A program made the translations under genes and the position numbers. Shown here one piece after another: positions 12,689 through 23,216 of a DNA stretch of 64,000 bases (position 1 is its first letter; each line of letters begins with the position of its first letter). The notes beneath the pieces were generated by a model that saw nothing but the letters and a program-made list of their open reading frames with translations, searched no databases and had not been told where the DNA came from. Source of the DNA: Eledone cirrhosa (lineage: Eukaryota); assembly GCA_964016885.1 (NCBI GenBank), contig OZ024744.1:104842001-104906000 (forward strand), written 5' to 3'.

Positions 12689-12870
12689 AAATTGGGTTTC
12701 CGTGTGTGTGTATATATAAGCTAATGTGTTTGTGTCCGTATGTGTATATATATGGATGTATATGTAATGTATTTTGCAATACACTTTATGCTTAATTAAA
12801 AGCATTTTGAAGACCGTAAGCTATTGTTTTAAAGTAGTGACAAATTCACTCACTTTGAACTCAGCAAACA

Positions 12871-12932
12871 GGGGAGATAAGCCGACAAGACTTGTTTCGC
12901 TTTGGTTGAAGCTTATCAAGGCCAACTACCCC
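12871..12932 (-). ncRNA. Type I hammerhead ribozyme, U3:A8 variant (inverted copy)
   Basis: Exact reverse complement of 13142-13203. Confidence 0.8.
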
Positions 12933-13141
12933 ACCTGTCTACTGAGATCATTGATGTTATATTCTTATAGAAATCTAGTAAATAATCAGGAGCTGATTAT
13001 GCAGAGCGGTTGTTGGTCAGGCAGAAATTAAAATTCTAATTTTTAATTTCTGCCTGACCAACAACCGCTCTGCATAATCAGCTCCTGATTATTTACTAGA
13101 TTTCTATAAGAATATAACATCAATGATCTCAGTAGACAGGT

Positions 13142-13203
13142 GGGGTAGTTGGCCTTGATAAGCTTCAACCAAAGCGAAACAAGTCTTGTCGGCTTATCTC
13201 CCC
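13142..13203 (+). ncRNA. Type I hammerhead ribozyme, U3:A8 variant
   Basis: ggcc-TTGATAA-gctt(caacca)aagc-GAAA-caag t cttg-TC-ggct; predicted GUC cleavage after 13190. Confidence 0.8.
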
Positions 13204-13724
13204 TGTTTGCTGAGATCAAAGTGAGTGAATTTGTCACTACTTTAAAACAATAGCTTACGGTCTTCAAAATGCTTTTAATTAAGCATAAAGTGTATTGCAA
13301 AATACATTACATATACATCCATATATATATTGGTATTTCAGAGCTCCAATTCTAATTTTTATATATATATATATATATATGAGCTGATGTGATTGTGTGT
13401 GTGTGTATGAGCTGATGTTTTTGAGTGTGTGTGTGTGTATGTGTGTATATATGAGCTGATGTGTTTGTGTGTTTGTGTGTTTGTGTGTGTGTGTGAACTG
13501 ATGCGTTTGAGTGTGTGTGTGTTTGTGTGTGTATGTGAACGGATGTGTTTGAGTGTGTGTGTGTGTGTGTTTGTGTGTGTATGTGAACGGATGTGTTTGA
13601 GTGTGTGTGTGTGTGTGAACTGGTTTGTTTGAGTGTGGGCGATTGTGAATTTGTTTGTTTTTTTACAACAGGTCTCAATAGTGAAAGTATAATGCAGACA
13701 CACCCAATTGTATGGATTTCTTAA

Positions 13725-14679
13725 TCTATATATATAAAACTGTGGTTGTCTGTCTGTCTATCGATTTTTGGCACACATCTCCTCTTAGAATCTCTCACGG
13801 AATTGCAGCGAAATTGCTATACTTGTACATTGAGCCCTAGCGAAGACATCGAAAAAAGAATATTTCAAATTGACCCACCCTATGTGACGAAATCGAATAT
13901 AATGTATCGATTTTTGCGCGTAAGTTATCAGTTATTTCCCTTTGTTCTGTTTACATTGAGCGTCTTACGTAAAAAATTACGCTGGCTTTCTCAGCGTTTA
14001 AAATGACATTAACACAATGCACGAACAAAATTCATCAGTTCGAACACTAAGCTTCCGTTTTGCTTCATTTCCATTTAAAAGCATTTTAAAACAATATTTT
14101 TACTTGAAAACAAGTCTATTTAAAGACTACGTAAAACAAGCAAATATTTCGTCGTTAGGCGTGCAGACAGACAGTCGTGCAGACAGACAGTCGTGCAGAG
14201 AGGTGATATACGCGTGCAGACAGATAGTCGTGCAGAGAGGTGATATAGGCGTGCAGACAGATAGTCGTGCAGAGAGGTGATATAGGCGTGCAGACAGATA
14301 GTCGTGCAGAGAGGTGATATAGGCGTGCAGACAGACAGTCGTGCAGAGAGGTGATATAGGCGTGCAGACAGACATAACTGATAATTTGGTTACGCTAATG
14401 TTTTTCTCTGCGTTGCAGTGTTTACATTTTCGATCTTTGTTAATAAATAACCAGTGCAGTTTCTATCCCCAGCATCCTCTTTTGTTATAACATTCGGGTT
14501 ATCGTTATGTTTTCTTAACTTCATAAGGCATATTGTTGGTTGAGGGAATATTAATCAAAAACACCACATGCAAGTCTGCACAGTAGACACTACAGTTTTT
14601 AAGCCAAGAAAGAAACTTAACATTGTAACTTTAACACAGCTACTGAGCGACCCCGAGCAGCGCCGGGCTTTACTGCTAG
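13725..14679 (+). mobile_element. Non-autonomous Helitron with internal 37-bp minisatellite (14157-14372)
   Basis: 5' TC(tatatatataaaa), GC hairpin cccg..cggg before 3' CTAG, A^T target with no TSD; empty site seen in the inverted copy at ~15140-15170. Confidence 0.9.
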
Positions 14680-14680
14680 T

Positions 14681-15182
14681 ATATATATATGTGTGGGTGT
14701 GTATATGTGTGTATATATATGTGTGTGTGTATGTATATATATATATATATGTGTGTTTGTATATATATATGTGTTTGTGTCATCATCATCGTTTAACGTC
14801 TATCTTTCACGCAAGCATGGGTTTAGACGTATATATATGTTTGTGTGTATATATGTGTTTGTGTGTATATATATGTGTGTTTGTGTGTATATATATGTGT
14901 CTGTATATATATATGTGTGTATGGGGCCACATATATATACACACAAACACACATACATATATACACAAACACATATATACACACAAACATATATATACGT
15001 CTAAACCCATGCTTGCGTGGAAGATAGACGTTAAACGATGATGATGACACAAACACATATATATATACAAACACACATATATATATATATATATATATAC
15101 ATACACACACACATATATATACACACATATACACACCCACACATATATATATATTAAGAAATCCATACAATTGAGTGTGTCT
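14681..15182. repeat. Inverted duplication (core of a larger 13640-16886 fold-back)
   Basis: Arms mirror around ~14925 and include catcatcgtttaacgtctatctttcacgcaagcatgggtttagacg. Confidence 0.85.
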
Positions 15183-15183
15183 C

Positions 15184-16820
15184 AATTATAAACATCGAAT
15201 GAAATATGTAGCAAGTTGGCGAGAATGTTGTAACAGGCTTGAAAATTACGAGAAAAGAATATTTGCAAAAATCAATGATAGATATCAAGGTAGCCAACCG
15301 CTCTTGGCCAGAGAACGACAGGACATCTATCTATCCATCACCCAAAGATACAATGTAATAAAGTAAGAGAAGAGCTCAAAGTTCAAATGTACAAAATATA
15401 GTTCACAGGTGTGCAATCACATGACAGCAGGAAAGAAAGTGTGTTCCAGAGAATGAATGCAGGTGGTTTCTGTTCTGTGGTATATCGTGAAATTTCCAAC
15501 CTCCGAATGGATTTTCTCACAGGAAGAGTGCTGCAAAAATAAATTCTCTGGCTTGTTCTGCTGGTTTTGGTTGTTGGTGAAGCTGTGTTGCTGTTGATGT
15601 TGTTGTCTCGCTGAGTGAGCGTATTCGGTGTTTAAATTCACAGTAAAAAAAAAAATTTTTTTTCGGAAAAAATTAGTTGCGCAAAAGTGCTAGAAATAAC
15701 AGCCGAAGTTGATGGTCGATGTTGAGAATGCGTTGACCTGGAAGGGTCAAGAGGCCAGCGACCAAAGAAATAAACATTCTGAATAAATGCGCAGTTTTCA
15801 ACGGCAAATTTACGTGGTAAATTTTTAAACCGGCAAATAGGAGAATATAGCTTAAGGCTGAAGAATCCTTGGCGAGAAACGTTATCTCTGGCGTGCGGCT
15901 ATCTCTGTGAGTCGAGATATCTCTGTGAGTCGAGAATTTGTGCTGCCTACACGTGCCAATACAAGGTTAAGTTAGGTTTAAAAAATAATATTTCTACCGC
16001 GCGAGAAAATGATAGTGCAAGTGTGAAAGTGACAATGATGAAAAAGAAAGGCTTCACTTAGCATAATTATTGGTGTGAACTTTGGAAAAAAAAACTTGAA
16101 CGATGAAGAAAACGATGAAAACAAAAGGCAATGGTTCATCGAAAATAAATGTTCCTGTTGAAATGTTTTTTAAAGAATATCAAATTTTTTTGTTTTTTTT
16201 TGTTTTTTTTTTTGTTTTGTTTTGAAAGTGTTCGTTGTAAGAAACGAGAAACATATATATATATCGTGAAATTTGACAGTTAGTTGATGCGTGAGAGAAA
16301 AAGTCTGTCTGTGCGAAAATTTCACATGTGCGTGGTGTGTTCGTTTCTTTGACTGAGTATTTTCATAGTTTGTCAATAAATTTGCTGTGTATTCGTAATG
16401 TTACTCACACAACTCCAGAATCTGCTATTTTTTTTCTTTTTTTGGGGTGACCACTTATAGCGATGAACGGCTGCGTGTTCGTATCACGTCAGGGTTACCA
16501 ATATAGCGAAGAACTCGGTGTGTATTAATTAATTAACAATCATGGATATATATAGAACAGTATAGTTGACATGTCAAAGAAATAGATGATAGAATGTCAA
16601 TGAAATAGATGAAAGAATGAAGCAAAGTTAGTAGTTACCGTTTTGATTGCCAGGCAAACGCAGGCTGGCAGAAGACGCCTGGCAGAGGCCAGGCGCCGGA
16701 AGGGCAAATGAGAGGGTGAGAACTTAAAGTTGTTAGTTTTATAGGGTTCTGACCGGAAGTTACAGAAAGGGTTCTACTTCCCGTCTAGATGTTAATCTAT
16801 TGGGGTTGTGAGTCACAACA
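15184..16820 (-). mobile_element. LTR element 5' part: LTR 16820-16501, tRNA-Trp PBS, non-coding internal region
   Basis: TGT start, TATAAAA, motif ctagac..gggaagtag shared with the LTR at 26636; PBS tggtaaccctgacgtgat. Confidence 0.7.
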
Positions 16821-16976
16821 AGGGAGGCCACTGCTACACTTTCACTATTGAGACCTGTTGTAAAAAAACAAACAAATTCACAATCGTAAAATTAGTTTCC
16901 CTTTTGAGACCGCCCGTCTTGACGTATGCCGAGTATAATATTCTTTCTAAGGATAATAACATATATCAACGATACA

Positions 16977-17205
16977 TTAATCCTTTAGCATTCAAACCAG
17001 CCATATCCGGCCATAACTATCTCACCGCTTTCTGTTCAAAACGACCATATCTGACCGCTTATACCTACTTTAAGGTAGTGTTCTCAAAATAGATAACATC
17101 AAAATCTCATAGACTTGATATTATATGAGATAATTATGTAAGATAAAGCCTTTACTGTGAAAATACAATAGAAAATATAGAATAATGTAAATATTAAAGG
17201 GTTAA
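16977..17205. mobile_element. piggyBac-type MITE (second copy)
   Basis: TTAA ends, TIR cctttagcatt / aatattaaaggg, internal similarity to 262-490. Confidence 0.8.
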
Positions 17206-17209
17206 GAAG

Positions 17210-18620
17210 ACTAAAAAACACTTGGTATGATCAGCTAGGTGGAGTTCAAATAGCATCTAATATAACTTAGTTATTTTTCGATATAATTTATAAGAACTTC
17301 CCCCATAAATACCATAAAGTAATGAACAAGAACACTGAAAATGTTCTTTGTCAACTACACCTAACTTATCAGATTATATAAGCTTTAATAGCTTAATAGC
17401 CATAAGAAAATTAATAAACAAATCGATAACGAACATCAGGAAAAATATTTTACAACTAATCCATTTGCCAATTTAAATAAAGAAACTAAAATTGTAAATA
17501 TTTATTCTAAAGAAGATATTAATTCTAATCCTATTCTAAACATTTCTATCTCCCAAGATAAAATGCCTTATACATCTACAAATAGCAATTCTGAGTGTAA
17601 TTGTACAGCACATGACAATTGCCCTTTTAAAGGGCATTCTCTGTTAGTACCGCAAATAGTTTAAGTTATTATATCGGTGTCATTTCTATCTCCTTTAAAA
17701 ATAATATATTATTTGCGTTTACATTCGTTTAAGAACGAAAATAAGAAACTTTCGATTTCACTCACACAATGGATTTGGAATTTATGCAAGTCTATATAGA
17801 TAGGAGGGCGGAGATTACCAGCGATTCGTATAATCTGTATTTTGTCTGAAAACTGATGTTGCTTCTCCATATTCTTGCAAATTTGGCTATCACTGCCATA
17901 GATGGGGCAATCTGTATGCGGATTTCTGCGTTGCAGGTACCATCTTTTGACAAGACTGCTCCCAAGTATTTGAAACTGGACAATTCCTCCTATAAGGGGG
18001 TGAGACCTGGACACTTTTGGCAGAAACAGAGAGAAAGATCCAGGCATTTGAGGACAAATGCCTGAGAAAACTCCTTCATATTTCCTATTGGGAACGTAAA
18101 ACTAATGAATATGTGCGGAGTAAGGTTGAAGGTTTTGTGGGTCACCAGGAACCTCCTCTCACCACTGTCAAGAGGAGGAAACTGGCGTGGTTTGGCCACA
18201 TCACATGACATGACAGCCTGTGCAAGACCATCATGCAAGACACCGTTGAAGGTGGACACAGGAGGGGACGCCAATACAAAAACTGGTTGGACAATGTCAA
18301 AGAATGGACACAAATGACAACACCAGATTTGTTGACGGCCACTATTGATAGATAATTTTGAGTGTGTGCTGCTTCTACAGTAAGATCCCCCCAGCAACTA
18401 CAGAAATCAAGGGACTGATGATGATGATGATGATACATATAGCCTTCAGTGGTCTGCCATTAATGTAGGAAAACTTAAAAAAGATGGCAGATCAGAATGT
18501 AACTTATGCCTAACTGAAGCCTTTGAAATAATTGTCTAGCTGTAAACTCTGGAATCTGAAAAATTAGACCTTTATATGATGCTTACATAAACTCTTTCTT
18601 TTTCTTTAATAAGATTCAGC
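17210..18620 (+). mobile_element. Decayed Penelope-like element (RT thumb/linker 17210-17670; EN C-terminus 18437-18620), interrupted by an RTE
   Basis: KNFPHKYHKVMNKNT, ECNCTAHDNCPFKG, QWSAI...ECNLCLTEAFEII. Confidence 0.7.
17800..18435 (+). mobile_element. RTE LINE insertion with inverted 5' segment (17800-17984 on minus)
   Basis: Minus: FKYLG...LVISALL; plus: LL*GGETWTLLAETERKIQAFE...LAWFGHIT; (gat)n tail. Confidence 0.85.
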
Positions 18621-19056
18621 ATAGACCAGAATTTTTTCTATTTTGGACGATTATGATCCTGACATTACATTTTAGTTGCCTATTGTTCTGATGACTACAC
18701 ACTTTCAATATAAGCCTTTTCCTTTCTAGTTTTCAGTTTTAACTAATAATTTATATTGATATCCTGATCTGCTTAATAGTTTATACTATTTGCTGATTTT
18801 TATAGGTATTAATAATGCACAAACTTTTTTCAATTTTCATCTTGATATATTTTTTATTCTATCTTTATTCCATCTTTTTACATGCAGTTTTGATTTCATT
18901 TGAATTTTCATCAGAAGTAAATTAATTGCAGTTTCATTAAACATTGATTATTATTTAATTAAAATCTATATGTATCCACACATATTTATTTTGATATATT
19001 TATATATATGTATTATATGGTTGTATGTGTATGTATGTATGTGTCAATGCTACTGG

Positions 19057-19402
19057 TAACATATAACCCAGTACAACCTGTGCATGGTTTAACCAAATTT
19101 GCTTGGTGAGGAAGGTGATTTTGGTAACCCTATGGGATGAAAAATAAAACCCGTCAAATGACAAAGGAAATCTGGAGAGTCAATGACCATCCAATAAAGT
19201 AGAGCAATTAAGACATCTCTCTAGGAGAAGGTCACTCTGATATAAAACCTGCAACTACATTTGCATCCAATGAAGTAAATCAGTTCTTCTTTTTGGACAA
19301 ATGCATTCGATGTTCAGAGTGGGATTGGCCCCATGCAAAGCCTTTCCTCGCGTAAAAAAGCTTCAAGCTATAGCATTACTTGAAATTGAGTTGCAGCCAT
19401 CA
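19057..19402 (+). mobile_element. Non-autonomous RTE-derived element (5'UTR plus 3' end)
   Basis: Homologous to 27886-28468; ctaggagaagg..actctga motif; ends gcagccatcat. Confidence 0.6.
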
Positions 19403-19424
19403 TATATATATATATATATGTATG

Positions 19425-19945
19425 TTCTTCTGGTTTTATAATTTCACAAATTTTTTCCCAATAGAGAGAGAGTCGGTTTCTAACATAGACACAAGACTCT
19501 CTCATTGGAATTTACACAACATCAACTAGGTAGATTATGTATGCATGCATGTGTAGATATGGATGTGTATGCTTTGAGTTGTACGTGTGCATATGCATAT
19601 GCTTTGTATCTGTACATGTGTATATGCAGTTATTAGATGCAAAATGTTTGGAATGTTTTACATATTTTTACTGTTCCATTAATGGATTGTACTTGTAATT
19701 TCCTAACTAGTTGTGTTCTTTCTGTTCCTGTGAAGCTCAGCTTCTCAAGATTTGTTTTGAGGCAGTTACTAACATACCTAGGCATAAGTCTGAAGGTGTA
19801 ATAAGGGTGGAGTATCTGCAGATTTCTCATCAGTTCTGCATAAATATTCTCCTTTTTGCTAATCCTTGATATTATATTGGCATCTGCTGGGCAGCTAATT
19901 TCCACTACTGTGCATGCTTTCTTCTCCCTGTCCCATATCATATGT
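19425..19945 (-). mobile_element. R4/Dong-like RLE LINE 3' fragment
   Basis: IWDREKKACTVVEISCPAD...GTVKICKTF. Confidence 0.8.
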
Positions 19946-19956
19946 ATGTATGTATG

Positions 19957-20928
19957 TTTGTCTACCTGGGAAGCACTGTCAATCAATACAGCAATCTTGA
20001 TAATGAAATTCAACTCAGGATTAGGAAAGCAAGTGATGCTTTCCGAAAGCTAGAAAGGCGCCTCTGGAGTTGGCGAGACATATGCAAGAAGACAAAGGTA
20101 AAGGTGTACAAGGCATATGTGCTCTCTTCTCTTCTTTATGCCTGCTAGACCTGGGTCGCATATTGACACCATCTTAAACAGCTGGAACGTTTCCATCAGA
20201 TGTGTCTCAGACAGATCCATGGCATTCACTGGAGGGACCACATCAGTGATGTCAAGATTTTGGAAAGCTCTCTGTGTGAAAGCATTGAAACTCTTGTGCT
20301 TAAGCAAAGACTCCGATGGAGTGGTCACCTTGCCAGGATGAAGGATTCTAGGATACCAAAACAACTCTTTTATGGAGAGTTAGTTAAAGGAAAATGACCT
20401 CCATAGAAACAAAAGAGAGCTATAAGGATCCGTTGAAGGCCTCCTTGAAAGATGATAACATCTCTGCTGATACATGGGAAAGCGTAGCTGCTGATCTTAG
20501 TAAATCGAGAAGAACTGTATATGAGGGGAAAGTTGCTTTTGAAACATCTCGAATCACATACAAGACAGTTGAAACAGATGTGAGGAAAGGCATTGCTGTT
20601 ACATTTCCAGAGAGCGAAGGTCCTCCTATGGCACTGACATGCAGCATCTGTGCTAGACTCTGCCTCAGCAAAGCTGGACTCAAAAGTCATCTTCGCAGTC
20701 ATAAAGTGAGACCAGTGGTTGACTACCAGGCTGCTGTTGGAGATGCTACTCATCATGCCTGTCAAGCATGTGCAAGAGAGTGCAGGGGGGCTCAAACGAC
20801 ATGCAAAAGTATATGAAATCCAACCACAGCTGGCTACTGCTAATGAATGTTTTGGTTGCCAACTCTGTGCAAGATATTTTAGATCATTGGCTGGGCTAAA
20901 AAGCCACATTCAATTGCAGCACCATTAA
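19957..20928 (+). mobile_element. Decayed copy of the C2H2-finger RTE
   Basis: Collinear with 30480-31460 but with stops and frameshifts. Confidence 0.9.
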
Positions 20929-21019
20929 TTGTTAATATATATATATATATGTGTATATATATGTGTACATGTATGTGTGTATGTATGTGTATATGTATGT
21001 ATGTGTATATGTGTGTGTG

Positions 21020-23215
21020 CGAGCACATAAGCCAGATTGACTTCTTGCTAGTTAGGCAGTGAGACAGATGGATGGTGTCAAATACTAAGGCTTACCCTGG
21101 GGAAGACTGTACCCCACAGCATAGGTTAGTCGTTAGTGACATCTCAGTAAGCAAGAGAAAGAATGAGACATACAGGAAGGTGTGGAAAAGAAAGGTCTGG
21201 AAGCTAAAAGACCTTTCATTAAAACATAAATTTAGCAAAGCATTTCAAGATGCGTACAATGAAAAAGAAGATGATTTAGAGTTGTATGACATAGATGATA
21301 ACTGGAATTTCTTGCGTGACAACTTACTGCAGGCTACTGAAGAAACTTGTGGTTGGGGCAGGGCTTCAACCAGAGAGAGAATGACCATGGTAGATAGGGC
21401 CATTAGAGACAAAAGACTGGCATGAAAGCTTGGAAAAATGGTGGGAGTAGAGACGGATACACAGCGCTAAGAGAGAAGCTAGACGTCAGGTGTTTCTTAG
21501 CATGCAGGGACACTGAGAGTAGGAGGTTTGCCAATGTTCTGCGACGGGAAGATCAGAGACGTGCGGTGTTCCGCATTGCAAGGCAGTGTGTCAGTGAAAA
21601 TCAGGATGTTGTTGGAGATAAGTATGTCTGAAATGATGCCGGTGTACTTAGTGTCATGAATGATCAGAAAAAGGAGGCCTGGAAATGTCATTACGAGAGA
21701 CTGATGAATGTGGAGAATGAATGGGAGAGAGAGAAATTACCCTCAGTAGATCCGACAGAGGGACCAGCTATTGAGATTGACGAATATAGGGTACAAGAGG
21801 CAACTAAGGAAATGAAGAATGGTAAGGCTGCTGGGCCATCGGGGATAGTTGCTGAGATGCTGAAGGCTTTAGGAGAAGTAGGCACTAAACTAGTTGCATG
21901 CATCATCAATCAAGCTATATATGGTGGTGTCATACCCAAAGACTGGTGCAGCAGTATTTTCATAAATTGTTTCAAAGAGAGGAGCAATTATAGGGGCATA
22001 AAGCTGATAGATCAGGTTATGAAAGTGGCAGAGAGAATATTAACGCAACTGATTAGAGAAAGGGTCAATTTAGATGAGATGCAGTTTGGTTTTGTGCCTC
22101 GGAAAAGTACAACAGATGGCCTCTTCATAGTGAGGCAACTACAAGAGAGGTTCTTTGAGAAGAATAAGCCACTATACTTAGCTTTTGTTGACCTAGAGAA
22201 GGCCTTTGATAGGGTACCCTGATCTGTCATCTGGTGGTCCCTAAGGAAACTAGGTGTTGAGGAATGGCTTGTGAAGACAGTGCAAACTTTGTACAGAGGT
22301 GCTGTCAGTAAAATGAGGGTAGGAATGGAGTTTAGTGAGGAATTCCAGATACAAGTAGGTGTACATCAAGGTTCTGTCCACTCTTGTCCATTATAGACCT
22401 TCAAGCCATAACGGAGGAGTTTAAGACTGGATGCCCATGGTAACTTCTCTATGCTGATGATCTGGTTCTTATAGCAGAATCAGTAAAGTAGCTAGATTCC
22501 ATCAGGGAAATGGCCATGTTCGATATGTAGGAAAAGAACTGGCATAAATTCTATAAAATGTACGCAATGCAGATCTTGGGTACACAAGGGATGTAGTGGG
22601 ATAGCAGGCAAACTAACAGGTAGGGAAAACTACATATGCAGTAGATGTTCAGGGAAAGTTGGCAGTATTAATCGCTGTGATAGACTCATTTTTCCAATGC
22701 AGGTGGGTTCTATAGAAGTGGTTGATAGCTTCCAGTACCTAGGTGATCAGATTAGCATGGGATGGGGGTGTTCCGAGGCCATAGTATCTAGAATAAGGAT
22801 GGGTTGGAAGAAGTTTAGGGAGCCGCTTCCTCTGTTGACAAAGAAGGGTTTCCCTCTGCATACGAAAGGACGGTTATATGATGCCTGTGTGAGATGCGCA
22901 ATGCTGCATGATAGTGAGACATGGGCAGCAACTGTAGAAAATATGCAACGGCTGGAGAGAAATGAAGCACGTATGCTCCGTTGGATGTGCAATGTCAATG
23001 TGCGTGAACAACCAAGCATAGACAAGTTGAGAAAGAAACTGGGTATAAGAGGGATAAGTTGTGGTGTGTAGGAGAGAAGACTGAGATGGTATGGACATGT
23101 AATGCGCATGGAGGATGCCCGATGGGTGAAGAAGTGCCAGGAAGTCCCAGTGGAGGGAAGATGCAGTAGAGGTAGACCACGAAAAACATAGGCGGATGTG
23201 GTGAGAGCAGACCTC
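21020..23215 (+). mobile_element. RTE LINE pseudogene (EN end, RT, C-terminus)
   Basis: IDFLLV, QHRLVV, KAAGPSGI, FVDLEKAFDRVP, YADD, LRWYGHV; many stops. Confidence 0.92.
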
Positions 23216-23216
23216 A

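Larger units (their letters stand above)
11263..12700 (+). mobile_element. Penelope-like element 3' part: GIY-YIG endonuclease remnant, AT-rich 3' region, terminal hammerhead
   Basis: From 11264: YIGATSSKFKEGWYNNRHSFKRKDKRFSTALSELIWSLK, later IINKHLEIFSSCLHK; hammerhead motif at 12626. Confidence 0.75.
12745..13361. mobile_element. Fold-back hammerhead-containing retroelement (Penelope pLTR- or retrozyme-like)
   Basis: Near-perfect inverted arms ~12745-13032 / 13041-13328, each with a hammerhead; the same 3' end recurs at 49495-49581. Confidence 0.8.

Noticed and set aside
12774-13300. Twin 85-aa ORFs as a gene pair
   Set aside because: Mirror translations of a palindrome whose opposite strand carries the ribozyme.
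16465-16500. tRNA-Trp gene
   Set aside because: Only the 3' part, with encoded CCA, abutting an LTR; it is a PBS.
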